NCBI GenBank assembly: GCA_944363775.1
Contig: CALVVE010000001.1
Coordinates: 1-53,359, forward strand
DNA: 53,359 nucleotides
From: an uncultured Bacilli bacterium
GTDB taxonomy: Bacteria; Bacillota_I; Bacilli_A; RF39; UBA660
Reading direction: 5' to 3'
Shown here: in pieces, positions 18,111 through 28,004 of the stretch
Position numbering within the stretch: position 1 is the stretch's first letter
Layout: the number at the start of each line of letters is the position of its first letter
Translations under genes and position numbers: made by a program
The notes under the pieces: generated by a model
Seen by the model: only the letters and a program-made list of their open reading frames with translations
What the model was told of the DNA's origin: nothing
Databases searched by the model: none

Positions 18111-19558
18111 TAGTATTTACTCCATGGATTAATTCTTCTTCCGCCATACCATGGTCTACCACCAACCCATACTTCAAAATGCACATGCGGACCAGTTGCT
18201 AGTCCTGATTGTCCTACATAACCAATTACTTGACCACGTTCAACTGTTTCACCAATAGATACTGCACGTCTTTGCATATGGGCATAACATGTATAATATC
18301 CATTATTATGGTTAATACATACATAATTTCCATCTGGGTAACGATAAGTTGATTCAGATATAACTCCATTAGTTACTGCATATATTGGAGAACCATAACC
18401 AGTACCACTTATATCAAGAGCTAAATGTGCTTCACGTGTACCTCCAAAAATACGATATCCATAATCAGAACTAATTGTCCATCCACTATTAGTAGGCCAT
18501 AACCAATTAGTTGTACTACCTACAGTAGGTATATATTTTTCACCTTTAACCAATATTTCATTAACTGCTGGTTTTAAAACTTCCTTATTTTTAGGATCGA
18601 CATAACTAATAAATCCATTAATACGTTGTTCTTTTTGCGTAACACGTTCAATACCTTTTTCTCCAGATTGAATTATTTCATCATCACCAACTAGTTTAGT
18701 TTCATCATAACGAATTTCCGTTTGATAATCACTTTCTTTATCAACTACAACATGTTCTTCGACTACTACATCAACTTGTGGTTCGATAGTTCCAATTGTA
18801 ACTTCTTGTCCTGGAAATAATAAATTTGATTTATCTGTAAACTCAGGATTTGAAATCATAAATTCTTCAACACTGATTTCGTTATTAAAAGCAACTTTTT
18901 CAATTGTATCACCAGCTTGTACAGTATAACTAGTGGAAACTGGATTATTTCCAAATAAAATATATTTTGCTAATTCATCTTCATTAGTATATATTTTTTC
19001 ATCAACTGAAATATTAGTTTCTTTTATACTTATTTTTTGATCAACATATATATTTTCAATAATACGACCAGTAGATGTTATTTCTTCTTGGATATCGTTT
19101 AAATATTTTTCATAATTTTCACTACCAACAAAAGTTTTTATTGTAGTTTCAATAGCTTTTTTAAAATCATTTTTATTTATTACATTAACAACTGTACTTT
19201 TTTTATCTTTTTTTATTGTAAATTGATAACCTTTTACAGTAAATGATTTTTCCTTTTCTATTTTTTTATAGATATCTCTTATACTACTTACTTCATCATG
19301 ATAAGTTAATATTTTTTTTATTTCTAATCCATTAGGTGCATAAACAGTATCAACATTATACTTTTTCTTATAATACTTTCCACGTTCATCTATATATTCT
19401 TCTAATTTTTCTTTTGATTTTATTGTACCCAATAATTTATCATCTAAATATACCTGATAATATATATTTGGTTCAATATTATTACTATAGTTAAATCCTA
19501 AAACAAACATTGCACCTGTAAGCAAAATAACAATTATTAAAAGTGTAAATTTCTTCAT
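18110..19558 (-). CDS. Membrane-anchored M23 peptidoglycan DD-metalloendopeptidase with LysM- and G5-like modules
   Basis: Intact HxxxD (HLALD) and HxH (GPHVHFE) motifs. LysM-like YTVQAGDTIEKVA. N-terminal TM. Confidence 0.85.
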   Translation of the reverse strand: MKKFTLLIIVILLTGAMFVLGFNYSNNIEPNIYYQVYLDDKLLGTIKSKEKLEEYIDERGKYYKKKYNVDTVYAPNGLEIKKILTYHDEVSSIRDIYKKIEKEKSFTVKGYQFTIKKDKKSTVVNVINKNDFKKAIETTIKTFVGSENYEKYLNDIQEEITSTGRIIENIYVDQKISIKETNISVDEKIYTNEDELAKYILFGNNPVSTSYTVQAGDTIEKVAFNNEISVEEFMISNPEFTDKSNLLFPGQEVTIGTIEPQVDVVVEEHVVVDKESDYQTEIRYDETKLVGDDEIIQSGEKGIERVTQKEQRINGFISYVDPKNKEVLKPAVNEILVKGEKYIPTVGSTTNWLWPTNSGWTISSDYGYRIFGGTREAHLALDISGTGYGSPIYAVTNGVISESTYRYPDGNYVCINHNNGYYTCYAHMQRRAVSIGETVERGQVIGYVGQSGLATGPHVHFEVWVGGRPWYGGRRINPWSKY

Positions 19559-19565
19559 ACTTCAC

Positions 19566-20909
19566 CTAACTTTCCTCTGCTTCAACAAAATTAACAAATG
19601 TACTAGTATTTTTTCTAAATAGTAAATCAACTGTTCCTGTTGGTCCACTACGATGTTTACGCATTATAAACTCACTACGGCTTACATCAGGAGAAATTGC
19701 TGTATCTTTATTATAATAGTCATCACGATAAAGGAAAGCAACAATATCAGCATCTTGTTCAATAGACCCAGATTCACGTAAATCACTTAAAATTGGGCGT
19801 TTATCATCACGTGATTCAACACTACGTGAAAGTTGGGCTAAAGCTATAACCGGAATATCTAATTCCATTGCCATTGTTTTTAATGCACGACTAATTTCAG
19901 CAATTTCTTGTTGACGTTGTCCTGCATATTTACTTGAACCTTGAATCAATTGTAAATAGTCAATTATTACAATGTCCAAACCATCTTCACTACTAGCAAG
20001 ACGTCTACATTTAGCACGAATTTCACTGATTGTTACACCTGGTGTATCATCAATAAATATTTTGGTATCTGCTAATTTACTTATAGCTTCATTAACACGT
20101 TTCCAATCATTGTGTTCTAATTTTCCAGTTGCCAGTTTTCCACCTTCAATTTGTCCAACAGACGCAAGCATACGACTAGCTAACTGTTCAGCACCCATTT
20201 CAAGTGTAAATAAAGCAACTGTTTTCTTAGCATTAATTGCAATATTTGTAGCAATATTTAAAGCAAAGGCAGTTTTTCCCATCGCTGGACGAGCCGCAAT
20301 AATAATAAGTTCATGTTTGTGAAATCCCGAAGTAATTTTATCCAAGTCATAAAATCCAGTTGGTAAACCAGTAATATCCCCTTGACTTTGAGCTAATTGT
20401 TCCAAATCACTTTGTGTTTTAAATAAAACATCTTGAATTGTTTTAAATTCACTACCTTTTCTAGTTTTTACAACACTTAAAATTTTCTTTTCAGCACTAT
20501 CTAAGACTTCTGCAATACCATTTGTAGCATTATATCCTGAAGTTACAATTTCAGTTGCTTCTTCAATCAATCTTCGTAAAATTGCCTTTTCATCAACAAT
20601 TTTAATATATTCATCAACATTGGCAGCAGTAGGAACCATATTTATTATTTCTGTTAAATATTCCACTCCACCAACTGATGTAAGTAATTTTTTTTCATCT
20701 AAAGCAGCTGTAACTGTAGTAATATCGATGGGTGTCCCTTTTTCTGCAAGTTCAGATATTACCATAAATATTTTTCCATGAGCATCTAAATAAAATAAAT
20801 CACTACTTAAATTTTCAACACTTTTTTGTAAAGCATACTTTGATAAAAACATTGAACCCAATACTGATTTTTCAGCATCAATATTATGTGGTAAAATCTT
20901 TTCTTGCAT
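19566..20909 (-). CDS. dnaB: Replicative DNA helicase DnaB (DnaC in Bacillus nomenclature)
   Basis: Walker A ARPAMGKT, IIDYLQL, and an N-terminal PHNIDAEKSVLG domain. Start ATG 20909 is behind AGGTGA. Confidence 0.95.
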   Translation of the reverse strand: MQEKILPHNIDAEKSVLGSMFLSKYALQKSVENLSSDLFYLDAHGKIFMVISELAEKGTPIDITTVTAALDEKKLLTSVGGVEYLTEIINMVPTAANVDEYIKIVDEKAILRRLIEEATEIVTSGYNATNGIAEVLDSAEKKILSVVKTRKGSEFKTIQDVLFKTQSDLEQLAQSQGDITGLPTGFYDLDKITSGFHKHELIIIAARPAMGKTAFALNIATNIAINAKKTVALFTLEMGAEQLASRMLASVGQIEGGKLATGKLEHNDWKRVNEAISKLADTKIFIDDTPGVTISEIRAKCRRLASSEDGLDIVIIDYLQLIQGSSKYAGQRQQEIAEISRALKTMAMELDIPVIALAQLSRSVESRDDKRPILSDLRESGSIEQDADIVAFLYRDDYYNKDTAISPDVSRSEFIMRKHRSGPTGTVDLLFRKNTSTFVNFVEAEES

Positions 20910-20918
20910 AAAAATCAC

Positions 20919-21365
20919 CTAACTTTCTTTTTCAATTTTTATATTAATTATAGCTTTTACTTGTTTGTGTAATTCAATTGTAACCTTATGAACGCCAAGT
21001 GAAGTTAATGGTTCATCTATTAAAACCATCTTTTTATTAATATCAAAACCTAATTTTTTAAGTTCACTAACAATTTGTTTTACACTAACACTCCCAAAAA
21101 CTTTATCTCCTTTTCCAGTTTTTACTTTAAAAATTAAAACTTTTTTTTCTAATTCTCTTTTAATCTTTTCACATTCTTTTATTAAAAATTCTAATTCTTT
21201 CTCTTTTTTACGATTTTCTGTATCTAAGTGCTTTACATTAGAAGAACTAGCTAAAATAGCATATCCATTCTTTATTAAAAAGTTTTGGCCATATCCAGCT
21301 TTTACTTCCTTTACATCTCCCTTTTTACCTTGTCCTTTTAAATCTTTAATAAAAATAACTTTCAT
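20919..21365 (-). CDS. rplI: 50S ribosomal protein L9
   Basis: MKVIFIKDLKGQGKKGDVKEVKAGYGQNFL. 148 aa. Confidence 0.95.
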   Translation of the reverse strand: MKVIFIKDLKGQGKKGDVKEVKAGYGQNFLIKNGYAILASSSNVKHLDTENRKKEKELEFLIKECEKIKRELEKKVLIFKVKTGKGDKVFGSVSVKQIVSELKKLGFDINKKMVLIDEPLTSLGVHKVTIELHKQVKAIINIKIEKES

Positions 21366-22345
21366 TTATTTTCACCTCCATTAATTATCTCATATAATTT
21401 TTCTTTTACTTGATTAATAGTAGTTTCTGTCATTTGAGCAGCAGCATCACTTTTGTGACCACCACCACCTAATTTTAACATTATTTTTTGAACATCAATT
21501 GTTCCAACTGATCTAGCACTAATACCTACTTCATTATCACTAATTTTTCCAATTGCGAATGCAGCTTCAACTTTATCAAATTGTAATAATTCATCAGCAA
21601 TTTGAGCTAAATCTTTTTTAGAAACTACCTCTTCATTTAAAGTACAAATAGCCATTTTTTCATTAATCATATAACTATTTTTAATATAATCTTGTCTCTT
21701 TTTATATACTTCCATACTTTCTTGTAATAAAGTTTGTTTATCAATGTTATTAGCGCCCATACGCATTAAATAAGCTGCTACTTCATAAGTCCTATCAGTT
21801 GTTTTTATATTATAACTATTAGTATCTATTTCCATACCAGCTAACATTATTGTGGCAACTATTGGTGAAACATTCTTATTTAAATGGTGTAAATACAAAG
21901 ATACAAATTCAACCATACTTGATAATCTAGAATTAATATATGTAAGTTCATTACCATTTAAAGAATCAACCATTTTAATATGATGATCTAGAACCACTTT
22001 ATTATCAAAATAATTAAATATATCAGGTTTATCCAATAATTTACTATTATGAGTATCAATAACAATTAACAATGTTTTTGCTGGATCTTTTGTAAAAACT
22101 TCTTTCTCATTAATAAAATTAATCTTAACATTATATAACTTTAATTTTTCTAGTGCTTTTAGAACCGAAGTATTATTAATATTTTCTTCTAAATATATAC
22201 AAATATTTTTATTTTTATCTTTTAATATTCGGTAAATTCCTAAACTAGACCCTAATGCATCTAAATCAATATTTTTGTGTCCTGTTATTACAAAGTTATC
22301 ATATTTACTAAAAATAGTAGTTAATTTCTCAAATATTTGCTTCAC
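21362..22345 (-). CDS. Stand-alone DHH/DHHA1 phosphoesterase (NrnA/Pde2-like) in the gdpP position
   Basis: DLD, DHH (VLDHH) and GGGH (GGGGHKSDAA) motifs. 327 aa with no TM, PAS or degenerate GGDEF region. Overlaps rplI by 4 nt. Confidence 0.8.
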   Translation of the reverse strand: MKQIFEKLTTIFSKYDNFVITGHKNIDLDALGSSLGIYRILKDKNKNICIYLEENINNTSVLKALEKLKLYNVKINFINEKEVFTKDPAKTLLIVIDTHNSKLLDKPDIFNYFDNKVVLDHHIKMVDSLNGNELTYINSRLSSMVEFVSLYLHHLNKNVSPIVATIMLAGMEIDTNSYNIKTTDRTYEVAAYLMRMGANNIDKQTLLQESMEVYKKRQDYIKNSYMINEKMAICTLNEEVVSKKDLAQIADELLQFDKVEAAFAIGKISDNEVGISARSVGTIDVQKIMLKLGGGGHKSDAAAQMTETTINQVKEKLYEIINGGENK

Positions 22346-22402
22346 ATCATCACCCCAATATAATTATTATACTATAAAAAAAGCTAGATGTCTTTATCTT
22401 AG

Positions 22403-23038
22403 CTAAATATTTTTGTTTATTTTTTCTAGCTTTTTTAAAGAATCCAACTCCCTAATATTTTTATAAACATGATTTTTTATACGAATATTATTCTCCTTAC
22501 ATAAAATAACTTTAAATGTTTTAAAGAAGATTAAAGCATCATTTCTAAAAGAAATATTTTTAATATACTTACTATCATATTTTAGTGTTTCAGTAATAGA
22601 TAAATTAATTCTACCATTTATTTGAGCTAAACCCGTTATTCCTGGTCTAACTTTAAATCTCTCCTTTTGTTCTTCGGTAAAATGAGAATCATAAATTGAT
22701 GGCATAGGACGTGGTCCAACAATTGACATTTCCCCTTTTATTACATTTATGAATTGTGGTATCTCATCTAAACTAGTTACTCTAATAATTTTACCAATTG
22801 GTGTCACTTTTTTCTCTACTTCAAAATTTAATTTGTTGATTTTTTGATTTACACTACTAAATTTAATAATTTTAAACTTTTTCATATTTAAACCAGTACG
22901 TTCTTGCTTATATATAACCTTACCCCTATTTTCAATAAAAAGGGCACTACTTATAACAATAGTTATAGGTAAAGTTAAAAATAGAAACATAATTGATAAA
23001 ACAACATCTAAAGTTCTTTTAATATACCTTTGATACAT
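22403..23038 (-). CDS. Bacterial sugar transferase (polyprenyl-phosphate hexose-1-phosphate transferase, small WbaP/EpsL type)
   Basis: 211 aa with one TM. DEIPQFINVIKGEMSIVGPRP and PGITGLAQ motifs. Confidence 0.88.
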   Translation of the reverse strand: MYQRYIKRTLDVVLSIMFLFLTLPITIVISSALFIENRGKVIYKQERTGLNMKKFKIIKFSSVNQKINKLNFEVEKKVTPIGKIIRVTSLDEIPQFINVIKGEMSIVGPRPMPSIYDSHFTEEQKERFKVRPGITGLAQINGRINLSITETLKYDSKYIKNISFRNDALIFFKTFKVILCKENNIRIKNHVYKNIRELDSLKKLEKINKNI

Positions 23039-23082
23039 CTAACCACCATTTTCTTAGAATAAAAAACACATATTTAGTTACA

Positions 23083-24000
23083 TTATTTTATTTTTGTAGC
23101 TAAATTATGTATTTTGTTTAGTCTGTGATAAAGACCTGATTTAGTAATTTTATTTCCTGTTTCTAAAGTAATAATTTCACTTAACTCTTTTAATGAAATA
23201 TCTGGATACTTCTTACGATATATGCATACAACTTGTAGTTTTTCATCTAAAACATCAAATAAACCTTCATTTTCTAAAGCTTTTATATCTGAAATTTGAT
23301 TACTAGCAGTTTCTATCATTTTATCTACATTTGCTTGTTCACAATTATTTAAACGATTAGTATTATTTTTTTCATTACGTAAAACTCTTATTTCTTCATA
23401 GTATAAAACAGCATTAGGTGCATCTATTATTTTAAGAAAATCACTAATCTTTTCTGCACCTTTAATATATACCATATATTTATTTTCTCTTTTTAAATAC
23501 TTACTATTTAAATTATATTGATTAAGTAAGTTATTTACATAAGATGCATATTCTTCATTATCAACCACAAATTCTAAATGATATCGTGAAGTTTTTGGAT
23601 CATTTACACTTCCAACAGCCAAAAATAATCCACGTAAATAAGCTCTTAAACTATTCTCATCATCTAATAAATACTGATTAGGTATATTTAAATATTTATT
23701 TTTTATAACAATATTTAAATCTTCTAAAATATATTCTTTTTTTCGCTTTATTTCTAAAATATAAATATATTTTTTAGAAAAATTATACCCTCTTCGAACA
23801 GTAACAATAATATTAACATCATATAATAGTTTAATTAAATCATATATTCTTCTAGCAAGTGAACTACTTTCAGTTGTTAATTTTACTGTTTCACCAATCT
23901 CGGCTATATTTCTAAAAATAGCTGATAACTCTGAAATATATTCAATTTTATCAGTTCTTCTTTTACTAATTTCATTTTTTACATCACTAGTAAATGACAT
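23083..24000 (-). CDS. whiA: DNA-binding protein WhiA
   Basis: MSFTSDVKNEI... with an LAGLIDADG-like middle domain (YLRGLFLAVGSVNDP) and a C-terminal HTH. Lies next to yvcK. Confidence 0.92.
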   Translation of the reverse strand: MSFTSDVKNEISKRRTDKIEYISELSAIFRNIAEIGETVKLTTESSSLARRIYDLIKLLYDVNIIVTVRRGYNFSKKYIYILEIKRKKEYILEDLNIVIKNKYLNIPNQYLLDDENSLRAYLRGLFLAVGSVNDPKTSRYHLEFVVDNEEYASYVNNLLNQYNLNSKYLKRENKYMVYIKGAEKISDFLKIIDAPNAVLYYEEIRVLRNEKNNTNRLNNCEQANVDKMIETASNQISDIKALENEGLFDVLDEKLQVVCIYRKKYPDISLKELSEIITLETGNKITKSGLYHRLNKIHNLATKIK

Positions 24001-24009
24001 AATACCACC

Positions 24010-24948
24010 TTATAATAATGTAGAATAAATGGCAAGAGCTAATTTCATTACATCATGATGTATTTGATTATCGATTATTTTTACTAAATTTTCTTCAATA
24101 ATATTTACATCTTTTAAATTTTCATAATCAATTTCTACAGGATCTTTTTGTTCTTCAACTAAATATTTTTCTATTACTTCTTTCTCTATCTTCCCATTAT
24201 TAACAATTACATCAGTAATTTTCTTATTTCCCAAATATCTATTTAATGTATTAACATGATCACTAACTGTATAATCATCTGTTTCTCCTGGCTGTGTCAT
24301 CATATTGCAAACATATAATAATTTTGCATTACTTTCATCAATTGCTTTTATAATATCATTACTAATTAAATTGCATATAACACTAGTAAATAGACTTCCC
24401 ATACTAAATACAATCATATCAGCTTCTTTTATTTTATTTAAAACAATTTCTGGAATAATAGGTTCTTCTTTATAAAATATTTTCTTTATTATTCCTTCAC
24501 ATTCAGTAATATTATGTTCCCCTTCAATAATTTTTCCATCATTCATTTCAGCCATTAAAACAACATTATCCTCTGTTAAAGGTAATACAGATCCCTTTAA
24601 ATTAAATATTTTTCCTAATGCTTCAATACCATCTGACATATTTCCCGAAATATTAGCTAAAGCGGTTAACATTAAATTTCCAACTGTATGTCCATCTAAA
24701 TCACTAGATGTATTAAATCTATAATTAACTAATTTTTCTACTATTGGCTCTACTTCTGATAACGAAATTAATACTCTTCGAATATCTCCCATAGCTGGAA
24801 TATTGAATTCTTCTCTTAATCTTCCTGTACTTTTACCATCATCACTTACAGAAACAATAGCGGTTATATCTACAGGGAATTCTTTTAATCCAGAAAGTAA
24901 TGTAGATAAACCATTACCTCCACCAAATACAACAACTTTCTTTTTCAT
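24010..24948 (-). CDS. yvcK: YvcK/CofD-like gluconeogenesis and cell-shape factor (UPF0052)
   Basis: VVVFGGGNGLSTLL, VSDDGKSTGRLR, MGDIRR and GSLFTS motifs. Confidence 0.92.
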   Translation of the reverse strand: MKKKVVVFGGGNGLSTLLSGLKEFPVDITAIVSVSDDGKSTGRLREEFNIPAMGDIRRVLISLSEVEPIVEKLVNYRFNTSSDLDGHTVGNLMLTALANISGNMSDGIEALGKIFNLKGSVLPLTEDNVVLMAEMNDGKIIEGEHNITECEGIIKKIFYKEEPIIPEIVLNKIKEADMIVFSMGSLFTSVICNLISNDIIKAIDESNAKLLYVCNMMTQPGETDDYTVSDHVNTLNRYLGNKKITDVIVNNGKIEKEVIEKYLVEEQKDPVEIDYENLKDVNIIEENLVKIIDNQIHHDVMKLALAIYSTLL

Positions 24949-25013
24949 TTTATCACCACTATAATTATACTACAAAAAAAGATTTTTTTTAAATTACAAG
25001 TTAATTAAAAATC

Positions 25014-25757
25014 TTATTTATTCATAATTAAACGTATTTTTTTATTATCTTTTTCTTCTTCAAACTTCTTAATATATTGTAATGCTTGTTGATGCATACT
25101 TCCAATCTTTATAAAATCATTTTTATCTTCAGCATCTTTTAAGCTATCCATAATATTTGTAAGATACTCAACATCATAATCTGTTCCATAATTACTAAGA
25201 TAACGTTGAAAATGAACTAAATCATTATTCATATAACAATATAGTACTTGATCATGACCAATTAAATTATCAATTTTCTTCATTATATCTTTTGTTTTCT
25301 CATGTTTTCCATAAAATTCTCCTTTATTTTCATCACAAAAATAAAGTTCAGTTAAATATAATGTGTATCCAGCATCAAAACCACGACCACGACGTTTTTT
25401 ATCCTTATTTAAACCAATTGATAACCCTTGATAAGTTACATTCTTTCCAACACGTGTAGTAGCTACATGAAATAATTCTTGATAAATTAAATAAATAAAA
25501 TCATTATTATATTTAATCTTATTTTTATTAATATCATAATTTATTTCATACTTTCCTTTGTTTGAAATATTATGTAAAAAATGATATGTAAGAGCATTTT
25601 TTACTTTTAAAGTTTCTAAATTAATTTGTAAATTTTGTAAATAAGAAGAAGGTAATGTTGGTGTTACTCTTTCTAAAAATTTACGAATATGATAAAACAA
25701 TTCTGTGTCTAAAACAATATAATTAATATCTTTTATATTTATTTTTTTCTTTTCCAT
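25014..25757 (-). CDS. Hypothetical protein, 247 aa, with a degenerate zincin-like motif (QELFH)
   Basis: Clean ORF with RBS GGAGGAAG. No P-loop. It occupies the slot upstream of yvcK-whiA. Confidence 0.65.
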   Translation of the reverse strand: MEKKKINIKDINYIVLDTELFYHIRKFLERVTPTLPSSYLQNLQINLETLKVKNALTYHFLHNISNKGKYEINYDINKNKIKYNNDFIYLIYQELFHVATTRVGKNVTYQGLSIGLNKDKKRRGRGFDAGYTLYLTELYFCDENKGEFYGKHEKTKDIMKKIDNLIGHDQVLYCYMNNDLVHFQRYLSNYGTDYDVEYLTNIMDSLKDAEDKNDFIKIGSMHQQALQYIKKFEEEKDNKKIRLIMNK

Positions 25758-25795
25758 TTTTTTCTTCCTCCTTTAATGTTTAAGTATTATATCAC

Positions 25796-25820
25796 AAAAA
25801 AATAAGATTTTACTCTTATT
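25796..25820 (-). terminator. Intrinsic terminator after trxB
   Basis: Minus strand AATAAGA-GTAAAA-TCTTATT followed by a T-run, 6 nt after the stop. Confidence 0.5.
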
Positions 25821-25826
25821 TTATAT

Positions 25827-26720
25827 TTATTTTAATATTTTTATAACATTTGAAGCAGCTAACGCCCCTTCTCCAATAGAAGTAGCAATTTGATATAAAT
25901 CTTTCTTTAATACATCACCACTAGCATATATTTTATCATCAGTAGTTTTTAAATGTTCATTAGTTACAATATAACCATCTTTTGTTTTATCTATTGTATT
26001 AATAAAATTCGTTTCTGGTATTTGTCCAATATAGATAAATAAGCCATCAGCATTAATAATACTTTCATCATTAAGTTTAACACCACTAAATTTATCATTG
26101 TTTTCAAGTATCTCAATTACTTCTTTGTTAAAATATTTAATAATATTTTCTTTTTTATTTACTTTGTCAATTAAAACTTCATCAGCACGATATTCACTAC
26201 TACGATGAACAATATATACTTTATTAGCAATATCAGCAATATATAAAGCTTCTTCTAATGCACTATTTCCTCCTCCAATAATAATTACATCTTTATTTTT
26301 ATATAACATACCATCACAATATGCACAATAACTAATTCCACTACCTAATAATTTTTTTTCATTATCTAAACCTAATTCACGCGGTTTTCTACCAGTTGCA
26401 ATAATTATTGTTTTAGTAATATATTCTTCTTGTTCAGTACATACAACTTTATGATTATCACTATCTTTAATTTCTTTTACATCACCATATTTATAAACAA
26501 CACCTAAATTTTCAATTTGTTCGTAAATGTTAAATGCCAAAGTTGGACCATCTACCTTTTTAAAACCTGGGTAATTTTCTATATTAGAACTCTTATTAAT
26601 TTGTCCACCTGGAACTCCTTTTTCAAGTAAAACAAAATCTAAACCCGCTCTTTTTAAATAAATTGCAGCAGTCATACCAGCAACTCCAGCACCAATTATT
26701 ACACAATCATAAATTTTCAT
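25827..26720 (-). CDS. trxB: Thioredoxin-disulfide reductase
   Basis: GAGVAGMTAA FAD site, redox CAYCDG, and GGGNSALEEA NADPH site. Confidence 0.93.
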   Translation of the reverse strand: MKIYDCVIIGAGVAGMTAAIYLKRAGLDFVLLEKGVPGGQINKSSNIENYPGFKKVDGPTLAFNIYEQIENLGVVYKYGDVKEIKDSDNHKVVCTEQEEYITKTIIIATGRKPRELGLDNEKKLLGSGISYCAYCDGMLYKNKDVIIIGGGNSALEEALYIADIANKVYIVHRSSEYRADEVLIDKVNKKENIIKYFNKEVIEILENNDKFSGVKLNDESIINADGLFIYIGQIPETNFINTIDKTKDGYIVTNEHLKTTDDKIYASGDVLKKDLYQIATSIGEGALAASNVIKILK

Positions 26721-27519
26721 TAATCAAATTCCCTTCTCTATATAAATTATCTAATTTTGTTTCTTTTCTATGTTTAATAACTATTATTATACCTATTAGA
26801 ATCATTACTACAGAAACTATTTGAGCAATTTTAAAACTTCCTAACATTAAACTATCAGTTCGTAATCCTTCAATAAAGAAACGACCAGTTCCATACCAAA
26901 TTAAATAGAAAGATACTAAAGTTCCATTCTTACAATATTGATTTCTTCTAATAATTAAACTAATTATAAAACCGACTAAACACCATATTGATTCATATAA
27001 AAAAGTTGGTTGATGATAAACACCATTAATATTCATACCATCAATAATAAACTGTGGTAAATGAAGACTTTCTAAAAAACTTAAAGTTGTCGCCGGACCA
27101 TAAGCTTCACCATTAAGGAAATTTCCCCAACGTCCAATAGCTTGACCTAACAATAAACTTACAACAGCTATATCTAAAATTTTAATAGTTGAAATACCAT
27201 TTTTTTTAGTATAAAATAAAATCCAAAGTAAACCAGCAATAACACCACCATGAATAGCTAGTCCACCTTCCCATATTTTAAATATATCACTAATGTTATT
27301 ACTATAATAATCTAAGTGAAATAAAACAAAATATAAACGTGCCCCTATTATGGCAATTGGAACTAAGTAAAAAAACATATTAATCATAAAATCTTCTGGT
27401 ATTTGAAACTTTTTTGCTTCTTTTAAAGCAAGTGTCCCACCCACTAATAAAGCAATAAAAATAAAAACTGAATACCAATATATTTGTATAATACCTAAAT
27501 CTAAAAATATTGCATCCAT
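26707..27519 (-). CDS. lgt: Prolipoprotein diacylglyceryl transferase
   Basis: GGLAIHGGVIAG, GRWGNFLNGEAYG and GRFFIEGLRTDS motifs. Confidence 0.93.
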   Translation of the reverse strand: MDAIFLDLGIIQIYWYSVFIFIALLVGGTLALKEAKKFQIPEDFMINMFFYLVPIAIIGARLYFVLFHLDYYSNNISDIFKIWEGGLAIHGGVIAGLLWILFYTKKNGISTIKILDIAVVSLLLGQAIGRWGNFLNGEAYGPATTLSFLESLHLPQFIIDGMNINGVYHQPTFLYESIWCLVGFIISLIIRRNQYCKNGTLVSFYLIWYGTGRFFIEGLRTDSLMLGSFKIAQIVSVVMILIGIIIVIKHRKETKLDNLYREGNLINENL

Positions 27520-27521
27520 AA

Positions 27522-27926
27522 CTAATTCCTCCTAAATATTGGTTTTAATAAAATTTCTGAAACTAAAAAGTTTATACAACTAATACAAATAGCAACTATA
27601 AATGGCATAAATATTCCACGAATAGCAAAATGTCCTAAAGTAATAATTTCCACTAATTTTAATATAAAAACATTTATAAAGGGATAAAATAATCCTAAAG
27701 TCAAGCCAGTAATTGGTAAAGTTAACCAAAATAATAATGGTTTTACTGTTTTATTCAATAAATAGATAATTGAAGTAGCAATAATACTCCATATAATAAA
27801 ATGGTCACTATCTATATATATAGTTTTTTTAAACAAAATTGAAAGTATTATTAAGATAATTGTATAACTTATAAAATGAAATAACCAATCTATTAAATTT
27901 TTGATATTTTTATTCTTTAACACCAT
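27522..27926 (-). CDS. DUF360 / phage-holin-4_2-like membrane protein (YvlD-like)
   Basis: 134 aa with four TM segments. YvlD-like pattern and Bacillus-like neighbourhood. Candidate promoter: TTGGTA, 17 nt, TATAAT at 27970-27942. Confidence 0.6.
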   Translation of the reverse strand: MVLKNKNIKNLIDWLFHFISYTIILIILSILFKKTIYIDSDHFIIWSIIATSIIYLLNKTVKPLLFWLTLPITGLTLGLFYPFINVFILKLVEIITLGHFAIRGIFMPFIVAICISCINFLVSEILLKPIFRRN

Positions 27927-28004
27927 ATCATCTCCTTAATTATTATACCAAAAGTTAAGGTATTTACCAACATTAATAAATATTATGATGTTTAAATATT
28001 ATTA

